Assembly: GCA_963666275.2 (NCBI GenBank)
Contig: CAXXOA010000001.1
Location: 2,112,001 to 2,176,000 of the forward strand
DNA length: 64,000 nucleotides
Direction: 5' to 3'
DNA from: Oceanispirochaeta sp.
Lineage (GTDB): Bacteria > Spirochaetota > Spirochaetia > DSM-2461
How positions within the stretch are numbered: the first letter of the stretch is position 1; each line of letters begins with the position of its first letter. This document shows, piece after piece, positions 41,669 through 51,085 of the stretch. The translations under genes and the position numbers were made by a program. The notes under the pieces are model-generated. The model saw nothing but the letters and a program-made list of their open reading frames with translations. It was not told the DNA's origin and did no database searches.

Positions 41669-42085
41669 TTATCTGACCCACCCAAGAGAAATCGTATCAT
41701 CTTCTTTCTTTACTTCCAGAGTTTCACTCCAGCGGCTTGTTCCGCTGTCGAAGCGGGAACGGATCCGGAGATAGAGAACAGGCTGTGACAGGGCAGAGAT
41801 CTCAAAAGAGGTATCCCTGAGGGTCCAGTTTCTCAGAGAGGAATTGAAAAGGGGGGAATCCGCTGTTTCAATTTCATAGGTCTGTGCTCCGTTCACACTC
41901 TCCCAGTGAAGACAGAGGGGCAGTGTCCCGGTTGATGACTCCAGAAGGATTCGCGGACGGGAAGGATAAAGAGAATCCACGGCTGTTTCCGTATCAGAAT
42001 TGGTTGCTCCAGCGTTTGTTTCACAGGACATGATGAAGGCTGCTGACGCTGCCATCAGCAGCAGGAAAATTACATTTTTATTCAT
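41669..42085 (-). CDS. Lipoprotein with fibronectin type III-like domain
   Basis: Lipobox IMSC; LHWESV..A..YEI...YLRIRS...SRWS pattern. Confidence 0.7.
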   Translation of the reverse strand: MNKNVIFLLLMAASAAFIMSCETNAGATNSDTETAVDSLYPSRPRILLESSTGTLPLCLHWESVNGAQTYEIETADSPLFNSSLRNWTLRDTSFEISALSQPVLYLRIRSRFDSGTSRWSETLEVKKEDDTISLGWVR

Positions 42086-42192
42086 AGTGTCAATATAGGG
42101 TTTTTCCTTGTCATATTTCGTAAGGCCGTTACTATAATGGGAAATTTATAGGCTGTAAAGGTCTGACCTGGAACACAAAATTTCTTTTCAGC

Positions 42193-42226
42193 TTGACAGA
42201 GAATTGCTGTAAACGTAATGTAGAAT
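42193..42226 (+). promoter_or_regulatory. Sigma70-type promoter of the BMP ABC operon
   Basis: TTGACA-N17-TAATGT (TAGAAT adjacent). Confidence 0.55.
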
Positions 42227-42259
42227 TTAGAAATGAAAAAACCCTTAAGGAGAAATTTA

Positions 42260-43315
42260 ATGAAAAAACTGTCGATTCTAGTTACAGTTCTTCTGACTCT
42301 TCTCATTGTTTCCTGTAATAAACAGAAAGCAGAAGAAACAGCAGCACCGGCCGAAGCCGCAGCACCTGCTGCTGTGGAAGAAAAAATGGCCATTACCATG
42401 GTTACCGACGTAGGAGGAGTGAACGACCAGTCTTTTAACCAGTCAGCCTGGGAAGGTCTTCAGAGAGCGGAAAAAGAGCTGGGTGTTGACGTTTCCTACA
42501 AAGAATCCAAACAGAATGCAGACTATGCTCCTAATATGGAAAATGCTCTTGACGGTGAAAACGATCTGATCTGGGGCATCGGTTTCATGATGGCCGATGC
42601 GATCCTGGAAGCAGCTCAGAACAATCCCGATCAGTACTATGCCATTATTGATAATGCCTATGAAGAAACTCCCGCCAACCTGGTCGGCGTCACCTTCGAA
42701 GCAGAACAGGCTTCCTACCTGGTAGGATACATTGCCGGTAAAATGACCCAGACAGGAACTGTCGGATTTATCGGTGGAATTGAATTCTTCCTGATCCAGG
42801 AATTTGAGTTCGGTTTCAAAGCCGGTGTCAAACAGGCCGGAGCAGACATTGAAGTCCTCACACAGTATGCCGAATCCTTCTCTGATGCAGCCAAAGGAAA
42901 AAGTATTGCCAACAGCATGTATCAGCAGGGTGCGGATATTATTTTCCATGCCGCCGGCGGTGTTGGAAACGGTCTGATCGAAGCTGCCAAAGAGCAGGGA
43001 AAATGGGCCATCGGTGTTGACCGTGACCAGAATGACCTGGCTCCGGACAATGTGCTGACCTCTGCTATGAAACGGGTGGACAATGGTGTTTTCAACCTGT
43101 CTAAAGATCTGGTTGAAGGAAACTTCCCCGGCGGACAGACTGTATCCTACGGTCTGGCTGAAGGCGGTGTAGGAGTTGCTCCTACCAGTTCCAAACATGT
43201 TCCCGCAGAGATCCTTGCAGAAGTGGAAGAGCTTGAACAGAAAATCATTGACGGAGAATTTGTAGTTCCCAACACTCTGGAAACCTACGAAGCCTATACC
43301 CCGGTTGAACTCTGA
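42260..43315 (+). CDS. BMP family nucleoside ABC transporter substrate-binding lipoprotein
   Basis: Lipobox IVSC; DQSFNQSAWEG, AIGVDRDQ, TSAMKRVD. Confidence 0.95.
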   Translation: MKKLSILVTVLLTLLIVSCNKQKAEETAAPAEAAAPAAVEEKMAITMVTDVGGVNDQSFNQSAWEGLQRAEKELGVDVSYKESKQNADYAPNMENALDGENDLIWGIGFMMADAILEAAQNNPDQYYAIIDNAYEETPANLVGVTFEAEQASYLVGYIAGKMTQTGTVGFIGGIEFFLIQEFEFGFKAGVKQAGADIEVLTQYAESFSDAAKGKSIANSMYQQGADIIFHAAGGVGNGLIEAAKEQGKWAIGVDRDQNDLAPDNVLTSAMKRVDNGVFNLSKDLVEGNFPGGQTVSYGLAEGGVGVAPTSSKHVPAEILAEVEELEQKIIDGEFVVPNTLETYEAYTPVEL

Positions 43316-43406
43316 TTCTATCAGTCATAAACTTTATTTAATACGTTAAATTCAGGGGCCCCTGCAAATCTGCAGGGTGCCCCTTACTATCTTCCGGAGG
43401 GGCACT

Positions 43407-44942
43407 TTGAATAATTACGATTTAGATCAGATCGTGGTTGATATGAAAGGGATCACCCAGAAGTTCGGAAACCTTGTTGCCAACGACAATATCGATCTGA
43501 CCGTACACAAGGGAGAAGTGCACGCTCTGCTTGGAGAAAACGGAGCGGGAAAAACAACGCTTGTCAATTCTCTCTACGGTCTCTATCATCCGACTTCCGG
43601 TGAAATTTTTATCAACGGCGAAAAAGTCATCATGGATAATCCCAATGTGGCCATTCATAAAGGGATTGGTATGGTGCATCAGCATTTTATGCTGGTAAAG
43701 CCATTTACTGTGGTCCAGAATATTATTCTGGGCAAAGAAACCCACAAATACGGCGTTCTGGATATGAAAACCGCCACGGAGCAGATCATGGATCTGTCAA
43801 AAAAATACGGTCTTCATGTGGATCCCCAGGCCTGCATTCAGGATATTACAGTCGGAATGCAGCAGAGGGTGGGAATTCTGAAAACCCTTTACCGGGGAGC
43901 GGATATCCTGATCCTTGATGAACCCACAGCCGTTCTGACCCCGCAGGAGATTCTTGATCTGATACAGATCATCGACAATCTGACAAGCCAGGGAAAAACT
44001 GTCATTATCATCACCCATAAACTGAAAGAGATTAAGGATGTTGCCGATTTCTGCACCATCATCCGCCGTGGAAAGAGAATCGATACTGTAAAGGTCGCCG
44101 ATGTTACCGAATCGGACCTGGCCTCCATGATGGTAGGACGGGAAGTCAGTTTCAAGGTCGAGAAAGAAAAGAGCAAACCCGCCGAGACAGTCCTGGAGAT
44201 TACTGATCTTCATGTGAATGACAATAGGGACATCCCCGCGCTCAGAGGATTGAACCTTAAAGTCCGCCGGGGAGAGATTCTGGGAATTGCCGGTGTTGAC
44301 GGTAACGGCCAGAATGAGCTGGAAGAAGCATTGATCGGTGTCAGGAAGGCAATCTCAGGATCCATCAAAGTGGATGGAAAGGAGATACTGGGAATGTCTC
44401 CCAGAGAGATCCTGGACCACAAGGTATCAACAATACCTTCAGACCGACAGAAAATGGGTCTGGTACTGGACTACTCCATATCTGAGAATATGATTCTTGA
44501 AAACTACAAGAAAGAGCCTTTCTCCCGGAAGGGTTGGCTCCGTTTCGATGCCATAAAAGAGTATGCCAGAAAGCTGATAGAACAGTTTGATGTCCGCCCG
44601 GCAGATGAAAACTATCTCTCAGGAGCCCTCTCGGGAGGGAATCAGCAGAAGGTTATTATAGCCAGGGAGATCTCCAACAACCCGGATGTTCTTATTGCCG
44701 TACAGCCCACAAGAGGACTGGATGTGGGAGCGATTGAATATGTTCATAAAGCTCTGGTAGCCCAGCGGGACAAAGGCAAAGCCGTTCTCCTCATTTCCCT
44801 TGAGCTGGACGAAGTCATCAATGTTTCCGACAGGATCGCCGTCATCTACGAGGGAGCCATTGCGGGAGAGATGAGTGCCGATGAAGCCGATGAAAACGAA
44901 ATAGGACTGATGATGGCAGGAGGAAGATCCCATGGCGAATAA
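43407..44942 (+). CDS. ABC transporter ATP-binding protein (two NBDs, nucleoside/sugar type)
   Basis: GENGAGKT, VHQHFML, LDEPT, LSGGNQQK, QPTRGLD; TTG start after GGAGG. Confidence 0.95.
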   Translation: MNNYDLDQIVVDMKGITQKFGNLVANDNIDLTVHKGEVHALLGENGAGKTTLVNSLYGLYHPTSGEIFINGEKVIMDNPNVAIHKGIGMVHQHFMLVKPFTVVQNIILGKETHKYGVLDMKTATEQIMDLSKKYGLHVDPQACIQDITVGMQQRVGILKTLYRGADILILDEPTAVLTPQEILDLIQIIDNLTSQGKTVIIITHKLKEIKDVADFCTIIRRGKRIDTVKVADVTESDLASMMVGREVSFKVEKEKSKPAETVLEITDLHVNDNRDIPALRGLNLKVRRGEILGIAGVDGNGQNELEEALIGVRKAISGSIKVDGKEILGMSPREILDHKVSTIPSDRQKMGLVLDYSISENMILENYKKEPFSRKGWLRFDAIKEYARKLIEQFDVRPADENYLSGALSGGNQQKVIIAREISNNPDVLIAVQPTRGLDVGAIEYVHKALVAQRDKGKAVLLISLELDEVINVSDRIAVIYEGAIAGEMSADEADENEIGLMMAGGRSHGE

Positions 44943-46038
44943 GAAAAATATCACCGAATCCTCTGTCTGGATAACCCTCATATCCATTATGCTGGGACTC
45001 TTCTTCGGGGCGGTCATCCTGCTGATCATCGGATACAATCCCATAGAAGCCTACTCTGTTATTCTCAATGGTATTTTCAGTAAACCCAAATATATTTCCT
45101 GGACAGTCATTTATGCAACACCGATTATCCTGACAGGACTTTCCGTCGCTTTTGCATTCAAAACCGGGCTGTTTAACATCGGAGCGGAAGGACAGTTCAT
45201 TGTCGGAGCTCTGACAGCGGCCATAGCTGGATACTTCATATCCCTCCCCCCGATCCTTCACATACCTCTTGTGCTTATACTCAGTATGGCCGCAGGGGCT
45301 TTATGGGGCAGCATCTCGGGTTTTCTGAAGGCCCGTTACGGAGTCAATGAAGTTATTTCCACCATAATGCTCAACTGGATAGCCCTTTATCTCAATAATG
45401 TCGTGGTTCTCCATGAAAATGTTAAAAGAGAAGGTTCTGAAGCGACCAATAAAGTCCTGAATTCAGCACAGATCATCTTTGCCAATGTCTGGAAAACTTC
45501 AGAAGCCGGAGTTGCCTGGCGCAAAGCCCACCCCTTCTGGGGTGATATACTGAGAACCCCGGCAAACGGCGGTTTTCTCATTGCCATTGCCATGGCTATC
45601 ATTGTTCTGATTATTCTGAACCGGACAACCCTGGGATACAGTCTCAAAGCGGTTGGCTATAACAGGGATGCCGCTGAGTTCGGCGGTATCAATGTCCCGG
45701 GTAATATGATCAGCGCCATGGCGATAGCAGGAAGTCTTTCCGGCCTGGCAGGAGCTGTTCAGATCATCGGTTTCACAAGGGAAGCTTCGGCTCTTTCCGC
45801 ATCGGAAGGTTTCGGGTTTGAAGGGATCTCGGTGGCTCTGATCGGAGCCAACAATCCTATCGGCTGTGTACTGGCGGGACTTCTCTACGGAGCGCTCAAA
45901 TACGGGGGTGCTAAAATACAGCCGGCTATCGGAGCCCCCTATGAAATAATCAGCATTATTATGGGTATGATCGTTCTTTTCATAGCCATGCCCAAGCTGA
46001 TCAGAAATGTCAAAATCAAAAGAAAGGAGGATAAGTGA
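44932..46038 (+). CDS. ABC transporter permease
   Basis: GLFNIGAEGQ, NEVISTIMLN, GFEGISVAL. Confidence 0.95.
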   Translation: MANKKNITESSVWITLISIMLGLFFGAVILLIIGYNPIEAYSVILNGIFSKPKYISWTVIYATPIILTGLSVAFAFKTGLFNIGAEGQFIVGALTAAIAGYFISLPPILHIPLVLILSMAAGALWGSISGFLKARYGVNEVISTIMLNWIALYLNNVVVLHENVKREGSEATNKVLNSAQIIFANVWKTSEAGVAWRKAHPFWGDILRTPANGGFLIAIAMAIIVLIILNRTTLGYSLKAVGYNRDAAEFGGINVPGNMISAMAIAGSLSGLAGAVQIIGFTREASALSASEGFGFEGISVALIGANNPIGCVLAGLLYGALKYGGAKIQPAIGAPYEIISIIMGMIVLFIAMPKLIRNVKIKRKEDK

Positions 46039-46967
46039 TGGTACTTGAAAGTATTGCTTTTATTCTCGGAACAACACTGATGTATGCGGCCCCCCTGATA
46101 TTCACGTCCCTGGGGGGAACAATCAGTGAAAATTCAGGTGTAGTTAATATAGGATTGGAAGGGATCATGTTCATGGGAGCCTTCATCGCAGCCGGCGTGG
46201 GATACTATGCCCACAGCGGATGGATCGGCTTTCTTGCCGCCGGTGTGGTGGGCGGGCTTTTCGGCCTGCTTCATGCCGTGGCCAGTGTCACCTTTACAGC
46301 CGATCAGGTTGTATCGGGGATTGCCATCAACTTCCTGGGACCGGGCTTTGCCCTGCTTTTGAGCCGTCTTATGTTTGACGGAGCCGCCATGACTCTCCCC
46401 CTGCCCCTGGACGAAAAGATTTCCCGGCCTCTGAACGGACTGTTTGAACAGAACTCCTTTTTTGATGTGATTTTCAACAGATACTCCACTGTGTACCTGG
46501 CTTTTATCCTTGTTTTCGCAATGTGGTTCCTTCTCTATAAAACAAGACTCGGCCTCAGAATACGCGCGGTAGGAGAACACCCCGAAGCGGCGGAAACTCT
46601 GGGTATCAATGTGTACAGAATCCGCTACCTGGCAGTCATCCTCTCAGGTGTGTTTGCCGGTTTCGGAGGGGCTGCCGTCAGCGTGGCCATCGTCTCCCAG
46701 TTCAGAATCACACTGATTTCGGGTCAGGGTTTTATTGCCCTGGCCGCCATGATCTTCGGAAAGTGGAAACCCCAGGGAGCCATGTGGGCCTGTCTGCTCT
46801 TCGGCCTGGCCCAGGGGATAGTCATCTATATGCCCCGTACGGGTCTGGAAGTCTCATCCCAGCTGTTGAGCATGCTTCCCTATGTGCTGACACTGATTCT
46901 GCTTGTTGTGTTTGTAGGCAAGTCTGTTGCTCCTTCGGCAGACGGACAGAAGTTTGAAAGGAACTAG
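46038..46967 (+). CDS. ABC transporter permease
   Basis: GVVNIGLEG, RAVGEHP, GFIALAAMIFGKW, MLPY. Confidence 0.95.
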   Translation: MVLESIAFILGTTLMYAAPLIFTSLGGTISENSGVVNIGLEGIMFMGAFIAAGVGYYAHSGWIGFLAAGVVGGLFGLLHAVASVTFTADQVVSGIAINFLGPGFALLLSRLMFDGAAMTLPLPLDEKISRPLNGLFEQNSFFDVIFNRYSTVYLAFILVFAMWFLLYKTRLGLRIRAVGEHPEAAETLGINVYRIRYLAVILSGVFAGFGGAAVSVAIVSQFRITLISGQGFIALAAMIFGKWKPQGAMWACLLFGLAQGIVIYMPRTGLEVSSQLLSMLPYVLTLILLVVFVGKSVAPSADGQKFERN

Positions 46968-47074
46968 TCATCAGTAAGGGGAAAGTGTTTGAAATGGGAG
47001 GGGAAATATTATTTTCTTCTGCCTGCCACTACCATACTGATATAGTGACCTACCAATGAAAGAGTGGTTTATAT

Positions 47075-47104
47075 GAGCAATCCCCCGGGATTGCTCTTTT
47101 TTTT
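47075..47104 (+). terminator. Intrinsic terminator
   Basis: gagcaatcc / ggattgctc followed by T8. Confidence 0.8.
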
Positions 47105-47366
47105 CAAATCGCCTACTCAGGAAGATCCTTAAAAATCCCCTTGTTTTTCCACATCCTTTTCAGCAAAGGGAATCTCCAGTGTATCTGTTAAGCGGGCAAA
47201 TCCTGTTATGCTATCCCATTCCAGCAAATGACAGCTCTTTATTGCCTTTCACTGGTATGGATTAACTGTATTTTAAGCTCATTGCAGCCCCAAAAACAGA
47301 ATGATAGATTTATGCTTTTTTTTCCCCGATGTATCCATTATAATAGTTGGAAGGATTAAGAATTTT

Positions 47367-49127
47367 ATGAAGCAGCTTTCCATACGCATAAGAGCACTTA
47401 TCTTTTCCATGCTAACCTTTGTGATTCTTGGAGCTCTGCTCCTATGGGTTGTTCTTCTATTATCAGCTCAGGTAAGAGATCAGAGGACATTAGATTCCTA
47501 TTACCGGTATCTGAACTTCAATAATAATCTTGAAAATTTTATAATCTCCCACAGCAATATCCTTTACGGCTTTTCCGCCTATATCAATACCTTTGATAAC
47601 CTGGATGATAATGAAATTTACGACTACCTGGAAAACCTTCTTGAAAACAACAGTGAATATATCCGGAATGTGGGAATCCTGAAAGACACTACCATTGTCT
47701 GGAATTACCCCAGAGAAAATAATTCCGCCGCCATTGGTGTTGATCTGGCTCTTGTAGAATCCCAGGCCCCGCAGATTCTTCTTGTAAAAGAGCAGAACAG
47801 AAAAGTTTTTCAGGGTCCGGTCAATCTGGTACAGGGCGGGATCGGATATATCATACGGATTCCCATCAGAAAAAACGGTCTCTACTGGGGACAGGCAAGC
47901 ATTGTTATCGACGGAGATCAGTTTATCCGTTTTATGGATGAGATCAGCCGTCAGGCGAATATTCAGGTACTGGTACAGGATAACGGTCAAAATCAGGCTG
48001 TCATGTACGGAGATACGGCCATTCTGGAAAAAAAAACCGCAACCATATCCATGAGCAATGACTTCGGAATATGGGAAATCAGCTATATACCTATTGATCC
48101 CAACCCCCGGAATCTTTACAGCAGCATCATTCTGGTAATCCTTATGGGAAGTAGTATAATAGTCCTGATTACGCTCGTTCTCTACAGATACATTTTAAAA
48201 AATCTTCATCTGGCAAACCAGAATATCAGTCTCTCTCAGACAGCAACCACAGACAGGCTGACCGGTATTTTCAACAGATCCATGCTCGAAAGCTATATCC
48301 TCAGTGAACTGGAGCGATCGGATAAATTAGGATATGATATCTCCCTGATCCTTTTTGATCTCGATCATTTTAAAAATGTTAACGATACCTATGGTCATGA
48401 TGCTGGAGACCGGGTTCTTATAAACACAGTATCCAGGGCAAAAGAGATTATCAGAAAAAGTGATTTTTTTGTCCGATGGGGAGGAGAAGAATTTCTTGTT
48501 ATTCTGCCCGGGATAAATCTGAATGATGCCACCAGACTGGCGGAAAAACTCAGGATTGCGATTGCCGGTATAGATCATACCGATGTGGGCACTGTGACAA
48601 TGAGCGCCGGAATTGCCCAGCGTCTGGAGTTTGAGTTCTGGACCAGCTGGTTCAAAAGAGCAGACAAGGCTCTCTATAAAGCCAAGGAGAGCGGGCGGAA
48701 CAGATTATCCATCAGCATGGATATGGAGCCTATAAAAAAGGAATCAGCCAATCTTCAGTGGAAAAACGAATGGTTTTCCGGAAACACCAAGATTGACTCG
48801 CAGCATAAAACCCTTATGGAAGACGCCAATAATATGATTGAGGTCTTCAAAGTGGATCCTGAGAAATTTTCAGTACTCTATGATAAGTTTATACAATCAC
48901 TTGAAGTGCATTTTCGATACGAAGAAGGAATCCTGAACCGGGTGGGATACCCCTTTCTGGAAGAGCATCAGAAAATCCATTCCCATATAATCAGCAGCAT
49001 AAAAAGAACAGAGGAGAACATGGAGTACTACATATCCTCTCCGGAAGTACTTTTCGACTATATCCTGGAGGAGATCCTCATAGGGCACTTCCTGCAGGAG
49101 GACTTCAAATTTTTTAATTATCTATAA
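47367..49127 (+). CDS. Membrane diguanylate cyclase (CHASE-like sensor, GGEEF) with C-terminal bacteriohemerythrin domain
   Basis: GPVNLVQGG sensor motif, DRLTG, DLDHFK, RKSD I-site, RWGGEEF; IDSQH, HFRYEE, HQKIH, HFLQED. Confidence 0.92.
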   Translation: MKQLSIRIRALIFSMLTFVILGALLLWVVLLLSAQVRDQRTLDSYYRYLNFNNNLENFIISHSNILYGFSAYINTFDNLDDNEIYDYLENLLENNSEYIRNVGILKDTTIVWNYPRENNSAAIGVDLALVESQAPQILLVKEQNRKVFQGPVNLVQGGIGYIIRIPIRKNGLYWGQASIVIDGDQFIRFMDEISRQANIQVLVQDNGQNQAVMYGDTAILEKKTATISMSNDFGIWEISYIPIDPNPRNLYSSIILVILMGSSIIVLITLVLYRYILKNLHLANQNISLSQTATTDRLTGIFNRSMLESYILSELERSDKLGYDISLILFDLDHFKNVNDTYGHDAGDRVLINTVSRAKEIIRKSDFFVRWGGEEFLVILPGINLNDATRLAEKLRIAIAGIDHTDVGTVTMSAGIAQRLEFEFWTSWFKRADKALYKAKESGRNRLSISMDMEPIKKESANLQWKNEWFSGNTKIDSQHKTLMEDANNMIEVFKVDPEKFSVLYDKFIQSLEVHFRYEEGILNRVGYPFLEEHQKIHSHIISSIKRTEENMEYYISSPEVLFDYILEEILIGHFLQEDFKFFNYL

Positions 49128-49148
49128 GTAACCATTCCCTGATAAGAA

Positions 49149-49181
49149 GAACCAGAGATTTCATGCCGGAATCTCTGGTTC
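49149..49181. terminator. Hairpin between convergent genes
   Basis: gaaccagagatt / aatctctggttc. Confidence 0.6.
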
Positions 49182-49199
49182 CATCTTCCATAATACATC

Positions 49200-50573
49200 C
49201 TATTCAAGATCAATATAATAAATATAATCCACACTGGAGCTGTCATTATAAACCAAAGCTTCCGTACCATCCGTATTAATCACGCATCCGTCAAACATAT
49301 TATAATCCACTTCTATCGTATCCAGCAGAGCATGAGATGACAGGGAATATTTATAAAGATTAAAATCGTAATAGGACGCATCATACAATGTAAAATACAA
49401 ATCCCTTTCTTCAAAAAGTGCCTCCAGACTACCCTGAATGGAATTGGATGTACTGGATAGATCTGATGTATCTATCGTACAAAAATCACCTGAACCTACG
49501 TAATAGAGTTCACTGAAGTCGTTATTGCCGACTAAACTTCCCTGGAAATAGTTAATTGAATTGTTCGCATCAGAAGTGACAGTATCACCTGCAATGGAAA
49601 AACTGTATATGTTGTATGAACTGGTTACATAGAGTTTACTGTTGCTGATATCCAGAGCCATGCCATAGTTTGCACTCACATTGTCTCCATTAATTTTTAC
49701 CGAATAATCGTCCATATCCATTGTGAATAGATCATCATAGCTGGATACAATATAGATTCTGCGGTTAATGCTATCCAGTTCCAGCAACCTGCCCGGATCA
49801 TATCCGGTACTGTAGGAATGTGTTTCAAAAGTCATATTGCTCAAGTCAACTACATGGAGATCAGAACTATAGTATTCCAACATATACAGCATATTCTCTG
49901 AATCGGAATATTTTATTTGAGCCAGAGTTCCAAACGAAAATGAGCATTCACCAGTAACCGCGCCGGTATCCGAATCAATCAACAGGATTCTATTATAATC
50001 AGAATCAGCAATTATATACTCATGGGAACTGATCGAACAGGTTTCATCAATAGATAGCCCCTGATCATAGTAGGATGCCAGGGGATCCTCTTCTATTTTC
50101 AGAGTAACATCATTGATATTGTAATATCCCATATACCTGTCTTCATCGTAAGGCAATGATATGGAACCTGCGGGAAGCGTGATTTCAAGATCTCCCAGAC
50201 CATTGGGCGTAATATCCAAATAGAGATATAATAGATTTCCAGTTGAAGAATAATAGGAGGAATATTCAAACTCTGAATCTGTATAAAAATAGGCTGATCC
50301 ATTGGTAATTTCAATATTATCATCAATATCATCTTCCAGATCATAAAGATCCCCTGTACTTATATCGAGGACATCATCCAAATAAAAACGGACTGTTATT
50401 GTATTCTGCCCATAATAGGTACTTCTTTCCGGTTCTATCCTGATAGACAGATCCTTCACTTCCATACCCGTTTCTTCGGCGTATTCCTCCTTGTCCATGA
50501 TGTCCACAAGGCCGAAATCACAGGATGAAACGAGAATAAGCAGAACACTGATCAGGTAGATATATTTTTTCAT
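49200..50573 (-). CDS. Lipoprotein with Ig-like N-terminal region and beta-propeller-like C-terminal region
   Basis: Lipobox VSSC; Asp/Ser/Tyr-rich, repeated LYV/IYIV...V.D blades; visibly AT-rich DNA. Confidence 0.75.
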   Translation of the reverse strand: MKKYIYLISVLLILVSSCDFGLVDIMDKEEYAEETGMEVKDLSIRIEPERSTYYGQNTITVRFYLDDVLDISTGDLYDLEDDIDDNIEITNGSAYFYTDSEFEYSSYYSSTGNLLYLYLDITPNGLGDLEITLPAGSISLPYDEDRYMGYYNINDVTLKIEEDPLASYYDQGLSIDETCSISSHEYIIADSDYNRILLIDSDTGAVTGECSFSFGTLAQIKYSDSENMLYMLEYYSSDLHVVDLSNMTFETHSYSTGYDPGRLLELDSINRRIYIVSSYDDLFTMDMDDYSVKINGDNVSANYGMALDISNSKLYVTSSYNIYSFSIAGDTVTSDANNSINYFQGSLVGNNDFSELYYVGSGDFCTIDTSDLSSTSNSIQGSLEALFEERDLYFTLYDASYYDFNLYKYSLSSHALLDTIEVDYNMFDGCVINTDGTEALVYNDSSSVDYIYYIDLE

Positions 50574-51085
50574 TTATCCTCTCCTTCTTCGACCCAGGAG
50601 GCATTTATCTCCTGTGACAGAAAATCCTCCTGGATGGACTCCATTTCCTTTTCTGTAACAGGAAGGAAATTGACCGAATCATAGTTGCTGTTTCCAACCT
50701 TCTCTATTTTCTGAACAATTCTGAAATCACAGACTACGACCTGCCCCGGTTCATAGGGGAGTTCCTGAAATATCTCATCACTTGTGGATTTCCCGCTGAA
50801 ATTTCTATTGGAGACACTGCTTTTCAGAGCTTCGATGTCCTGGGAATCCCTCCTGATTTTAACAGGGATATACCCGTTTCTGACCTTGGGGATTTCTACA
50901 GGTTTTTCCAGCCCCGGTATCGTGATCGTATAGGACCGGGCCGCCACTGTTCCGGCGGATTTATCCAGCCCCACAGGAATCAGAACCATACAGTCGTCTG
51001 ATGTGAGTTTCTGACTGTAGTCTATTGAGGTACAGGAAATCATAAGGAATAGAAAAGCTATTCCGGTATACTTTAAAGGCTTCAT
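50570..51085 (-). CDS. Hypothetical lipoprotein
   Basis: ATG 51085 after GGAGG, lipobox MISC; ATGA overlaps at both ends. Confidence 0.8.
   Translation of the reverse strand: MKPLKYTGIAFLFLMISCTSIDYSQKLTSDDCMVLIPVGLDKSAGTVAARSYTITIPGLEKPVEIPKVRNGYIPVKIRRDSQDIEALKSSVSNRNFSGKSTSDEIFQELPYEPGQVVVCDFRIVQKIEKVGNSNYDSVNFLPVTEKEMESIQEDFLSQEINASWVEEGEDK

Noticed and set aside
47194..47246. c-di-GMP-I riboswitch upstream of the cyclase (ggcaaa...atgacagc...ttgcc)
   Set aside because: Lacks the GAAA-capped P2 stem and the GACGCAAA/P3 elements; too short
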